Positions 25,775-38,623 of a DNA stretch of 64,000 bases are shown here, piece after piece (position 1 is the stretch's first letter; the number at the start of each line of letters is the position of its first letter). The stretch is taken from the NCBI RefSeq assembly GCF_964355755.1, contig NC_092676.1, positions 28,476,871-28,540,870 on the forward strand, given 5' to 3'. Both the position numbers and the translations under genes were made by a program. The notes below the pieces were generated by a model that ran no database searches, was not told the origin of the DNA, and was given only the letters and a program-made list of their open reading frames with translations. This stretch comes from Antedon mediterranea (lineage: Eukaryota; Animalia; Echinodermata).

Positions 25775-28700
25775 ACAACATCATTATGGTCCACACGTTA
25801 ACCCGCCCTTTCAAGGACACTTCCCACCGCAATACAACCCGATGTCGAACCCGTTCCATACCGATATGCAGATGCCGTTCCCGTCTAATCAAAGGATATC
25901 ACCCGTTGGCGTACCGCAACCAAGCACCACGGAAACGGAAGATCTTAGTCCAAGTGCATTATGGGAAAATCCACCGTCTAAGAAAATCCCTGGTCCCGGT
26001 CCTTGGAAACCACATGCGCCGGACATGATGCCAAACATGCAGAACTCAATGATGGGTCATCCAAGGATGAACACAGCTAGTAAAATGCTGCAGCGACCTC
26101 TAATGCGCCCTCAACAGTTTCATCAACCTCCACACGGACCTATGGCAGTCAACTTGCCATTTGGACCTACGATGACAAATAGCGACGAAAATTTAACTCC
26201 GGATCAGTTGCGTCAGAGGCAGGAAAAACTTAGGAAACTTACGGACATAAAACGATTATTTAATTTACAAGAGCCAGGTAACCAAATGATGCCACAAAGA
26301 ATGATGTCACCGGGGCCTATGCCGACACCGGATATGATGATGATGCCAGATAATCCAATGATGGGAATGATGAGACCAACCGGTCCTGGTATGATGGAAC
26401 CACCTCAGCGTATTATGATGTCTCCGACGGCAGGAATGGGTATGAGTCCGCAGCACATGCCCATGATGCCGCAAGAGGAAATGATGTCACCAGAGCAACG
26501 GATGATGATGCAGCCTCCGATGAACAATGACTGGGAAAATGCCACGCCTGCACAAAAAGCTTGGGTGAAATTACAACACGAGTTCTATCAAGAAAAACAA
26601 CAAACTAAAATAATAACTAAACAACCAAATCTTGTGAACTTAGGTGGTCCTAATATGCCTATGGACTCGCACGATCCAATGGCAGATTTTGGATTGAACC
26701 AACCAGGCATGCCGGGGCCAGGTAATGTTCCACCTCCTCCACCTTATCACGGACCACAAACTCAATTTGGACAGCGACAAAATATGTCTGGATCTTTTCC
26801 AATGTCTGGCGGAATGCCATCAAATAATATGCCACTATCGCCAAATCGTTTAATTATGCCTGGCAGTAGGACTAATCGTAGCGGATCAATGCCAAATGTT
26901 CCGTCTCAAATGCCTTTCCCACGTTCGCAAGGCAATATGGGCATGCCAATGTCACCCACACCTACGTTACAAAGTAATAATAGTGGAATTGATTCAAACA
27001 TGACCGGTAGCATGATGGAACAATCTCCAAGACCGGGACATTCTGGAACTCCAGGTCTTGAAAACTTCAACACGACAAGAAGTAATAATACTAACAATAT
27101 AAATCAAATGTCACAGCCAAATGTTCCTAGTCCACAGATGTCAAAACCGAACACCAGCACGACGACGACTGGGATACCGACGCCGTTATCGAATACACCG
27201 GAAGCGAGTATGCCAAAAACAACAGCAGAATCAAACCAGCAAATGACAAAAACGTCGGATGCGCAAATGGGACAACCTCAAAGACTTGTCAATTTTCCAC
27301 CTAGCCAATTAAATCGCGACAAAGCTCCAAACTTCCCTCCACGAGGAGAGGAACAATTTGCATCAAATTTTTATCAGAAAGCTTTGGAGAAAAAACAATC
27401 TGGACGATTACAGCATTTTAATCAAAGTAATATAGGTGGTGGGCCGGATATGATGCCCTCACCACAACCAGGTATGATGTCAACACATGGAAATATGATG
27501 TCACCACAACCTGGTATGATGTCATCAAAAAGCGGTATGATTGCATTGGCCTCACCAGCTGGACAGACAATGGGAGGTCAAGGTGGCATGATGCCACAGC
27601 AAAGAATGAACCCTGCACAAGGACAAATGCGCATGATGCAACAGGATTTAATGCCTCCACATCACTTACAAACATCTCAGTCAAATATGATGTCATCTCA
27701 GTCAAATATGATGTCATCACAATCAAATATGATGCCATCACAGTCTGGAACAATGAACTCACAATCAGACATGATGACATCATCACAAGGAATGATGTCA
27801 CCGATGGGCATGATGCAACCGCAACCAGGTTTTATGGGTAATCAAAGGAATATGGTTAGCCCTGGAAATAACATGTCGTCTGCAATGAATATGCCCAATA
27901 TGGGAAACCATGGACTTATGGGTAATCATGGCAATATGCCTGGTGGTATGGGCATGCCGGATATGGGCATGCCAAATATGGGCATGCCGAACGACGGAAA
28001 TATGGGGCATGGAATAATGCCTGATCATTCTATGGCTAACAGCTCATTACCGAATGATGTAATGAACATGCAGCAACAAGGTAACGCTATTATGAGAAAT
28101 CCTAATCGACCTATGAACTCTAGTAATAATCAAGTACCTTTACCGGCAAGTTTACCTATAGATGCTTCTTCGCGTACAACGCCTAATATGCCAGGGCAGA
28201 AAATGAACAGTGCTGCCCCAAGCACACCTTCCTCCGGTGATGGACAAAATCCTTTAGCTATTTTACAAAATCGCTTTGAACCACCCCTTTTACCTGACGG
28301 TAAGGGGCCGAAACAGACTTTGCAATATTTTCCAACACCAGATGCGCAAGCACAGTCAGGGAATCCGCACTTAAATCCTGGTTTGAATCCAGGACCAGTA
28401 TCTCAAGCACCTTCTCAGGGACCAAAACAAATTCAGATGCCGTTTCCCATGGACATGGTCCGACCTGGAATACAAGGTATGAATCAAGGTTACGTGACTC
28501 AGAGAATGTCCGGGCCTAGGATGAGCCACGCGGACAGCATGTTTCAACAACAGATGGGAGGTATGCCCAGAGGTCAAATGCCTGGAATGTACAACATGCC
28601 ACGACAAATGCAGCCTGATATGTTCGGACCCGGCCCGCGACATCGAATGATGAACCCTAATATGATGGGGCAACAACCGATGGGTATGTTTAGCGACCCC

Positions 28701-28784
28701 ATGATGGGAGGCCCTCAGGGTCCTGGCGGAATGATGCCGATGAACAATCCCATGATGCAATATCAAAACATGCCTAATATGTGA
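20271..28784 (+). CDS. BCL9: B-cell CLL/lymphoma 9 (BCL9/legless) Wnt/beta-catenin co-activator, 4 coding exons, ~1329 aa
   Basis: Exons 20271-20547, 24557-24664, 24972-25168 and 25377-28784 join in frame through GT-AG introns (3990 nt). Motifs: HD1 (EVFAFSTYLANQAAQSVLTG..SIINYH, Pygopus-binding), HD2 (ENLTPDQLRQRQEKLRKLTDIKRLF, beta-catenin-binding), HD3 (AQKAWVKLQHEFYQEK), and C-terminal NPLAILQ and PKQTLQYFP. Body is M/P/Q/G-rich. The first two exons rest on splice phase rather than homology. Confidence 0.92.
22424..23139. repeat. 17-bp minisatellite (TTAATAGSGGTGTCGCC)~40 ending in a pogo-like TIR, BCL9 intron
   Basis: Tandem array with 19-bp variants; terminates GGTTCTACTG|TA. Confidence 0.92.
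23297..23533. mobile_element. MITE family A copy with expanded internal 21-bp array
   Basis: Both TIRs, TTA TSD, about 7 internal repeats. Confidence 0.85.
25739..25780 (+). repeat. CAG/CAA polyglutamine tract (Q14) in BCL9
   Basis: In-frame LLQQQQQQQQQQQQQQHH. Confidence 0.9.
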
Positions 28785-30888
28785 AGATTGTTAATATTGT
28801 ATTACATGGATTCAACAAGAATGCTGCAAATAGTGAAGTCGCGTAAACGTGCGGTCTCCCGACGCCATCATATAAAGAGATGCATCCATGATGCATCCTG
28901 CTGAAGAAGACGGTTCCATCCGAGATGGATGGTTCAAGAGTCGTGAAGTCGAAGATGATTTAGCAAGTATATTTATTTGTGAATAGAAAATAGTCAATAT
29001 TGTAAATGTTGACAGATTTGGCAGGTCAGGGGTTGAAGGTCATTTATTTCCGTTCACCTGAATGTCAAGTCAGTGGCATATGTCACATAATTTGTTTGTA
29101 ATTTTTGGTTATACTGTATAAAACTGTTGAAAGGGTCCTCAGTAGAGTGCCTTCTATTACAACATAATCCTCGGACATATTTTGTTGAAAATATTGAATG
29201 TTGTTGACCACAAAGAGACTTGTTTTGTAAAATTGTGACCAACACCCATTATGAATATCAAATGTGTTTTTTTTCTGCTGTGCCAATTTCATATCATTTT
29301 TTTTATTTAAATGAAAAAAAAAACTTACAATAGAATAGTTTATACCAGTTAGTTTTATTAGCATACATTTAGACAATGTTTGCATACAATTCTAAGATTT
29401 ATAAAATAGAGACGATTTTTATTATCAGTCAAAATGTATGTACTATTTAAATGCAGAGATGTGTACAATGAACCAGTATGGACAGAACAGTGTGATAATT
29501 AAAAAATAGAGTAAAATACAATTGATACAATTATATATTTTATTTCTATATGGATACGCCTGTATCTTTTAGGCTTTAAATTGCCCACAATCAAAAGTAT
29601 TTTTGTCCATTAAAACAAAAATTACATGATTCAAAATATTACACACGTAATTCATAGTTTCATATTGATATTCTTGTTTTTTTCAAACCTCCTCCTCTAA
29701 TTTATTTTGTTACTATTTACGTAGCAATTACCAACCTATTTCTCTACCTAGGGGAATTTTACAATTTATTTAAAAATAAATGTTAAATATAATAATAATT
29801 TAAATTGTTTATTTAAATCTTAATTGTTCCAGATTGCTTTTTCATTTTCTTTTTAAACGCTCTCGGTTTACCTTTCTTTGTTCACTTAGTAATTCTGATG
29901 ATTTAAAATGAATATTTTTATCATCTTATTGATGGATTATCTAGAAAAATTATGAACATAAACATTGTTAATATACACAATCATAGCAATATTATTCTTG
30001 CTGAACAATCCGCATATTTGCATTCAAAATGATCATGGACATTTTTTTAAAATATTAATCACATTTGAATCTGCTGTCTCAGCTCTGCCTTCTTAACCTG
30101 TCGCGCATCAGCGATTTCTGCATCAAGACCAATCATGCTCAGTGAATTGATAATGTGCTTTAGTGGTGTAAGAATAGTAAGATAGCAACATGTTCACAAT
30201 ATTGATATACAAATTAATTCTACACGTTATTGTAAATACCTTTTTGTAAGGTCAACTCTAATCACAATTTTATACAAATATTTTTACAAAAATTTAATTA
30301 ACGGGAACAATTTATTCCGTACTCAATCATTTTAAAGTTAATGAATATTGAATGAGTTGACATTTGAATCATCGTAATATTTTGAGAATGTGAACTAAAT
30401 TTTATGACAATACTGTTGTTGAAAATAAATTTAGCAATATTATAAATGATAATAATGACAATGATGTTCAGTAATGCAATAATGTTTAGCTAATAATTTA
30501 GCAATTATAAAATAAAATTATTAAATTAACGAAAATAATTAGGTCTAAAAATAATGATGATTAATAATTAAAATTGCTGTGTTGATATTTCATTTATTTT
30601 ACTAATATGCCTCAATAAAAACAATACAAAATTTTCTCCAAAATAATAACATGTACAATATAGGACCAAAACAATTGTTCAACAGCATTAACTTCTATGA
30701 AATTTATTTACTTTCAATTATTTTAAAAAAAATACATTTTTATTTTTAAGTCAATTTACTATAAACTCTTGACACCAACAGCTTTGTCTAATAAAACATG
30801 CATCCTATTCTTTCCCTCCTCCCTTGTTTTACATTAACCTTATGCCAAATGGTTTGTTATTGGTTACATGTATTTATTAATATAATCA

Positions 30889-31018
30889 CAGTAGAATCCC
30901 TATTAAGGGGGGTGGGGGGGGGGACACCTTCAGCACCCAAAAAAGTGTTCCTGTATCAGTGTTGACTGTAGTGTTAAAACATGGAAGCGTCCACTTAATA
31001 GGCAAGATTTCTCTACTG
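30889..31018. mobile_element. pogo/Tigger-like MITE (CAGTAGAA termini), degraded
   Basis: CAGTAGAATCCCTATTAAGGGG...GACAC and CTTAATAGG...TCTACTG|TA ends. Confidence 0.55.
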
Positions 31019-31277
31019 TATTATTTTGTGCAAATTAGATAATCAACGAGTTGCTACTTCGTCTTGACTGACGACATAAGGGCAACTGTTTATTTTTCAT
31101 TTGACAATGATAATGTTCAATTTATAATACAATGTTAAACTACTTGCTTCTGTCACTGTCTGTCCATCTTGGTTTCATTAAAAATATTATTTTTGTGCAA
31201 AATGTATCCAACATTTTCATATGAATAAATCAAAGAGTATACTGTTATGCTAATTTAAAATGTTATTTCTCAAATAT

Positions 31278-31428
31278 GTAGAACCTCTATTAAGGGGACA
31301 ACTTTGGGGTGTTTCCTTAATAGTATTGTCCCATGAATAAGGGTTGGCTATTGTGTTAAAATATATATTTCCCCTCATTTATTTTGTGGTGTCCCCTAAA
31401 TAGAGGTGTCCTAAAGAGATGTTCAACT
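31278..31428. mobile_element. pogo/Tigger-like MITE, degraded second copy
   Basis: GTAGAACCTCTATTAAGGGGACA ... TGTCCCCTAAATAGAGGTGTCC..GTTCAAC. Confidence 0.55.
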
Positions 31429-32176
31429 AATCATTTATTATCACCAAAAGATGAATTTTTTATAATTATTTCTTGTTCATGTACCAGAAATACACCGATT
31501 TTTGCTGATTTTTTTTTTTGATTATCAATGAATTTGACTTTATGCTAATTGAGAATTTGGCAGAACCTATCAAACGCATCGAATATGAATACATCAAACA
31601 ATAGGATAATGTATTACTACTTATGTAGAAGTTGACAAATGCATAGGTTATGAATAAATCATACAGTATGCTAATTTATGCTAATTTAAGGCATCATTTT
31701 TGTGAGTGATGTTGACATTCTAGGTACAAATCAGCATTATTTTAACGACGGCATGTGACTTTCTGTCGGGATTAAGACAACTTACACAACATGTATACAT
31801 TGTACATACATTTTAGATATTCAGATACTGTGTAAGCGTGTTCATATAAAACGATAATTTAAATATGGTGGCGCAGTCCATGCATACTGCCAATGTTTTC
31901 GTTAAAAAAACATCTTTTTAGTTACAAATATTTTTTATTTGTAAGTGAATTATACAGATATATAAATTGTACTACAATGTTTTGAGGTGAAAATATCAAA
32001 TCCAGTTTACAAATATTGGTACAACTCAACGTTGCTTTCTTTCCTTGGCACAGCACTTCCTGTGTTATTGTATATTACATGCAGGGCAGGATGTAATTGT
32101 TTGGGAAGAAGGGGATGTTATTTTTACGGGAAGAAGGGGATGTTATTTTTACGGGAAGCTGAAGCAACAAACATAA

Positions 32177-32294
32177 AGCTATGTCAAAAAGTATGTGATG
32201 TGCCCATATATGAACATAATGATGTCATATCACTACCATATTTGGGCATATCACACTCTTTTTTTCAAAGTAGCTTGATAGTGTGGACAGAGCT
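32177..32294. mobile_element. MITE family A copy (internally deleted)
   Basis: TAA flanks, right TIR, internal repeat. Confidence 0.7.
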
Positions 32295-33199
32295 TAAAGC
32301 TTGTAAATGTTTTCAACTCTTAGTATTTGTTCACACATAAAAAAAAGTGTGGAAGAAAAATATATAAATTTCGCAGCAACTTGATTCTATATTTCACATG
32401 TTTTTTGTGTGCATATATTATGCTGTGTGAAATATACAATCTTTAATAATGCTGTTTTTGCGTTTAAGTTTCTTATATTAAACATTTTTACTTTTTACCT
32501 CTGAATGTTTCAGTATTTTCTTTGTGAGATACCAAACCTCTGCCCGTATTCCTAAATTCTACAGCAGGGGTGGGAATTGGGGGGTCACACTGAGGTAAAG
32601 ATGAACAACTGTACTAGAAAATATTTGTATTTTGTTTTTAGAAAATTGGTATTACTCAAAATGTAAAAAGAGGGGTAATTGTTATATATTGTTGATAAGC
32701 ATGTAGTAGATAGGTATTGTAGACTGTGCGAATTTACCTGTAAGATAAATGGAATCTTCTGAATGTAGTTATCGATAGGCTGTATAATATAATGTTAAAA
32801 ATACCTATCAAATCATCACGTGATAATGTGTGGTTAAATTGTACAAAATCCTTTGTGCATCACAGAAATTGACGAGTAAAATTAGTTTTTTTTTTACATA
32901 AGTGCAAAAATTCTGTCGTAGTTTTTGTGTAGAAGGAAATGATTCCCTAACTTATTGTTGTCAGCAGTGAAGCTGTTGATATGTTTTGTACTTATACCAT
33001 TTGGAAATCATGTACATAATATTTTAATTTTGAAACATATGAGATGACTTGCGTGTGATTTGGTGTTTGCTCTGATACAGTAACACATAATAATATATCA
33101 TGACATACAATAGAACGACACAAAGAATGATTTAAACTTGTCGTCATTTACAGACAGTAGAACAGCATTTGGTGGCAGCTTTACAACACAAAACCCTTA

Positions 33200-33336
33200 A
33201 GCTCTGTCTACACTATCACACTTTTTGTGACAAAAAATGTGATGTGCCCATATATGGACATGATGTCATTTCACTACCATATTTGGAAACACACGCGTCA
33301 CATTTTTTTTGTCAAACTAGTTTGATAGACAGAGCT
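33200..33336. mobile_element. MITE family A copy
   Basis: Both TIRs, TTA TSD. Confidence 0.8.
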
Positions 33337-34945
33337 TTAGAGCAGATATGAAAGTCGTCCATGTTGTACACACCTGTGCTTCTACATTTACTTACATCAA
33401 TTTCTACATATAAATAGATAAAGATGAGAACAAAATTGCTCCACAGTCTTGGAATCACCTTTTTTCACAATATGCAGATGAGACAAGTGGGATTTTATAG
33501 TATGGCCAAGTCTGATCTTTTCACATGCATGGTATAACATTCACTTCCTTTATTTTGAATACATTAGTACATTCATATACAAAAAAAAAAAGAAACAATT
33601 GGTAAAAAAACAATAGTTCGTTCCAGATTATATATAAAATCTTATTCCAAAAATTGTACAGAGACAGTGATAGGGGTCGTTTTTGTGCATCATATTAATA
33701 TTTTAATAAAATATATTAAAATTAAAATATATTAATATTTTAATAATAATAATATTATCTTCATTTAAATTTATAAATTAAAACTATAATGGTCCCAGAA
33801 CCTCTTAATGTGCAAGATACGCTAATTATCGCATTTTGATTGGGAGATGCGTATAGGCCTACAGATTAGTTTTAACATACAATATCAATAGTTTTTTCAC
33901 AAATGGAAATTATGGAGTAACGTGGTTTGCGTGTGTGTGTTCTATGAATTATAATTATACAAACTTATGGCAGAAATTAGAGCAGACATTTAAAGGAAGT
34001 TGTAGGAGCAACAAGAAGCAATGGTAAAATGGTTCACTTTTGGATCGAATCTATTTTGATAAGAATTACACAATTGAATGCGATTTGTGGATGAAACTTA
34101 ACTTAATCTTAGTGTCGCAGAAGCGTTACAAGATTATCAAACATCGCAATTTGCTAGTTAACTTGTTCATCCATGTTATTTCATTACAAACATGTTTTTT
34201 TTATTATCTAACATTAAATTATTATTAAAGATGTGTTGTCCCCCAAAAACATGAAAAATAAATATTAACATCAGACTTTAAATAGATAATTTGTAGTAAA
34301 AACCTGAAAAAATCAATGTTTTCACTTATAAAAAGACCAAGCAAACTGTTAAATTCAACTAAAAACCCATTGTTTTTTAGGTAAATACATTTTTTTTTCG
34401 ATCCAATTAGCATATTAAAAAAAAAATTTTACAGAATTATTTTTTCGGGGACAATACATCTTTAAACACGGTCAAACAAATCAATCAATTTTTAAAAACA
34501 CAATACTATTACTTATAGGATATTGTAAGGTGACCTGCAAGTATGTTGGATGAAGTATAGAAACAATTTTAAGGGGCATGTATGAAGCTGCATTAGCACC
34601 AATGCGATAACCAATTGCTGTATAGGATTCTCAAGACGTGGGATGAAAACAAAACCGTCCATACAGAGATCATCTACCTCATCTTGTCTACCAGCTTTGA
34701 TATTTTCAATTTTAACGGCCACTTTAAGAAATATTGGTTACCTATAGTAACAGAATACAAATTAATATATCTGGTTGATTGCTGTAACCTAAGGTGGATA
34801 GGCAATTATTATAATGGTGTTTTTTTTTGTATTGTATACAAAGGAGAGAGAATATATTGGATAATTTGTGTTTCCTAAATTGATCATTGATATAAAGAGA
34901 TTTATATTGCTTCTATAGGTCTGGTATAACAGGGCTGCTAATATA

Positions 34946-35135
34946 CCGTATTTATTTTAATAAATACCCCGGCAATTAATATCGAGAAGTGATAAAATAG
35001 AGTAAAAATTGTATCAAAATGCTTGGTAAATTGTAGATCATGTCAATCAATGATTTCTACTACAAATAGAAATGTGTTAAAATACAATAATGCGGAGGTG
35101 CATTCGAAGCGTGGCGTTTATTCAAATAAATACGG
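34946..35135. mobile_element. Short Tc2-like MITE
   Basis: TA|CCGTATTTATTTTAATAAA ... TTTATTCAAATAAATACGG|TA terminal inverted repeats. Confidence 0.65.
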
Positions 35136-35244
35136 TAAATGAATTTAATTTGACGTCTCAAACAATTGCACAAATTATACACACATTTCAAGAAATAATG
35201 ATACATAAAATATTTATTCAATTCTGATTTCAGATTAAAACTCT

Positions 35245-38200
35245 TTATTCTATAGAATGTTTAGCTTTCTTTGATTTTTTCTTTTTTTGCTTTGGAATGT
35301 CTTCATTCATTTTTTCTTTCATTTCCTTTTCTTTCCTTTTCTTTTTCAAATTTTTCTTAGCAATTTTTTCCTCCTCTTTGTTTATCTCTCGTTCATTTTC
35401 AGACATATCATTCGTTTCGTTATCTAAATGTTTTCGCTTCTTCGATTTCTTTTTCTTCTTTTTTACTACATTAACATCTGCAGAATCCTCATCTGATTGG
35501 CTAATTTTAAACGATGCTGTTTGTATTGCATCATCTGATTGGTCACTTTCATTCTTGTCATTTGACACTGTACTTCTTGCTTTTTGCATTAACATCATTT
35601 TTCTCTGAAAGTATTCTTGTACACTCTCTGTACGAGTGATGGTGGTTACTCCATAGTCTGGACAAGATGTCACACTCTCTGCATCATCATCATCATCCTC
35701 TGAGTTTTGTATCTAAAAATATAAAATACAACATTACACATTCAACTGTGAATTTAATGTTTAATTACAGGATAGAATTTAACTATCTTGAGGAGCAGCT
35801 AGCATTCGAACCATTGAAGCTACGGCAGTAGTGCCACAAGAAGTTAATGTTATACTTACAGACTGAGATTGAGGAGTTGCTGGTTCTGATTTGCTGACCC
35901 GCCTTCCCATAATGCAATCCATATCCTTTGAACTATAACCTGTAAGGTCTTTTCCTTTTGTAAACTTCATGTAACTGTGGGGAAAAATACAGTATATCCA
36001 TAACACAATTTTATACCATGCATGAAATGCTAAGATTACTTTTTGGTCAAATGTCATAAATCTAATTGTCAACCTCTTTAACAAACCTGCTGAATAAATG
36101 ATAAAATGTTAATTTTCTTTTGCATCTACAGCTTTTTTATACAATAAACACACATTCACAAGTAATACAAACATTTCCTTTCAATAGTAAATAACATTCC
36201 TTAACTTAACTCATGGGGGGGGGGGGGAATGAAACAAACTAAAAATCACACAATGTGATGAATAAAAAATGATATTTTGGTATGTTATGTCATTAATTTG
36301 AATATACTGAATATCATACTCTAATAAATGTACTTTATTGTTGCTGAATTGGGTTATGACAGAGAAATGTTATTTTAGCTTGCAGAAATATTATTAAATT
36401 TTAAAAGGATAGAAGTAGTGAGATACCAATCTAATTACAATGTTTTTATTATGCCTCATTGTTCTAATTATAGAATGTCACAGTACTTTAAAAATAAAAA
36501 ATATCAATGTGGTTTAGCTTTTGGTCGATGGTGTTTTTAAAATGAATTTTAATGGGATTTAATTGGAGCAGAATAAATTCACAATCTAAATTTTCCTTTC
36601 TACCTTTCCCAGTCCATAACAGAATTCAAAGGTTTACATCCTAACTCACCCTAGGCATTTAGAAGTGAAACTAACATGTTCACGTTAGCTATTGCGAGTG
36701 ATTCATAGTTCATCATTTCCCCACATTATTCATGTTTGATTACGATCTCTACCCCATTGGTGGCTGCTGTATCTTAGCAGGTCATCAAGGGGTCACACAG
36801 GGAATGTACCACCCACAAGTTTGTCTGCCGCTTCCTGACCTTTTACCTGCCCGACATTTATCTATCCTTTCAACTTTAATGACATTGTTTTGGTTGTTGC
36901 CTAGGAACAAGGTGACTGGATGCTTTTAATGTAGGCTAGTGTGCCACTTGTTGTCAACAATATCCAGGGTGCTTCCAGGGTAACGGTATAAGTCTGCCTA
37001 AAGGAATGTTAAATGAAACAGTGCCCTCTATAATGTATTTTTCTTTATATTACTTTTTATTTTTACTTAGTCCACTTAAATAATAACACACTTAAGAATA
37101 TGTTTCCTATTTTGTCTTTGAATTCATCATCATCATCATCTCGCTTTACTGTGAAGAACCTTTTTCATAAGATTATTATAATTATGGAAAGATGATATTT
37201 TTATAAAGATTTCTTTGATTCTACGAACACAATAATGTATGTATATGTACAAATAATTTCATGATGTGAAACAGGAGAAAAATATTCAGCCTCTTGTTGT
37301 GTATGTGATTGCTCACTATGTAACATAATGAACGCGCAAAAACCGAATTGCAGTACTTGGCTATATATAATTACATCACACTCTCGAGAGTGCTATTAAT
37401 AATAGTACATTTATTTAATATATGACCCACAACCGTCCAATCAAATGACAAGAATCTGTGTTAACTGTTATAAATAAACTTACTGCACTCTTTTCTTAGA
37501 TTTCTTAGACTTTTTTTCAAGACTTGTAATAGATGTTTGTTTGGGCGTAGTATCTCCGCTTGCGTGGCTTTCATTAAGATTAGCTAGAAGGCTATTGAAG
37601 TCATCCTGGTGAGCTATCCACTTGTCTTCATGTGAAGTGCTGCAACCCAGACCTACAATTAAAAATAAAGATTTCATTTAAAATATAAACATTTCCTTCA
37701 GTTTTTGGTTACATTGCCATTACCCACTTAATTATCATTCTAACTCCCCAATTGCTGCTGCTGTGTCAACAGTTTTTTTTTATAGAAAATAGTACTGCAA
37801 AAGTACTATACAGTATAAAGATTCGTTAAAAATCTTGTCTATTTATATATTGGTTGCTATTTGACCTGTTGTCTTGTGTAAAGCTAAAGCTGTCTACACT
37901 ATCAAATTTTATGTGATAAAAAATGTAATGTGCCCATGTTTATGGACATGATGATGTCATATCACTACCATATTCGGGCACATCACACATTTTTTGTCAA
38001 ACTAGTTTTAAGGTGTACACTGCACTGCACTTGCCACGAGTATCATTTTTCAGAGTAACTTTGATGTGATCCTGGCAACCATCTTCATTTGCACCTAGTC
38101 CTTTTCCATCGGTCCAGCCCATTTTAACCATCATCCGCTTACCAAATTTGTCCGAATCTGAAGAAAATATTTTTTTTGTATAAAATTCTATATTAAATTT

Positions 38201-38623
38201 TGTAATTCTTATCTTCACTAAAAATAAGGTAACCAAACAAAATATATGACAATAAAATAAACCATTACTCACTGCTAAGCAATACATTTTTAATTTAAGG
38301 TTTTGGCCTTTCTACTACTGGTGGTAGGGATTGAGTGAGACGCTACTACACTAGGCAACTGGTCTCCCTGCTGTAGGCTTACTACTACTAGTTTAGTTAA
38401 GCCTAGGCCTAGCTGTGTGGGTTAGATCCATCCATCTCGGCCGCCTACTACTAACTACTAGAGAGTAGAAGCTGCTAGCTAGCCTTAGCTAGGATAGGAT
38501 AGGCCTAGCTTATTTATTAATTAATAAATGACGAGGTTTTTGCATCATACCATTTTTCCATGCTGTGTTCCTAGGATCAGATGAAAGTTTTTGACGACGA
38601 CGGGGTTCAGCAAGCATAGCCAT
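35245..38623 (-). CDS. PINX1: PIN2/TERF1-interacting telomerase inhibitor 1 (G-patch protein), 5 exons, ~315 aa
   Basis: Exons 38623-38551, 38157-38035, 37652-37484, 35974-35860 and 35712-35245. Translation MAMLAEPRRRQKLSSDPRNTAWKNDSDKFGKRMMVKMGWTDGKGLG...WIAHQDDFNSLLANLN...RVHYMKFTKGKDL matches the PinX1 N-terminus and G-patch. Lys-rich C-terminus. Confidence 0.95.
37888..38020. mobile_element. MITE family A copy in PINX1 intron 2
   Basis: Left TIR, internal repeat, degraded right TIR. Confidence 0.75.

Noticed and set aside
25786-28766. Alternative-frame and antisense ORFs inside the large BCL9 exon
   Set aside because: Shadow ORFs of a compositionally biased coding exon; no recognisable motifs.
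36640-37000. Telomerase RNA nested in PINX1
   Set aside because: No CTAACCCTAA template on either strand.
37255-37460. Possible C/D box snoRNA in a PINX1 intron (GTGATGT...CTGA on the minus strand)
   Set aside because: C box imperfect, no terminal stem or evident rRNA guide, and the surrounding sequence looks like a dispersed repeat fragment.
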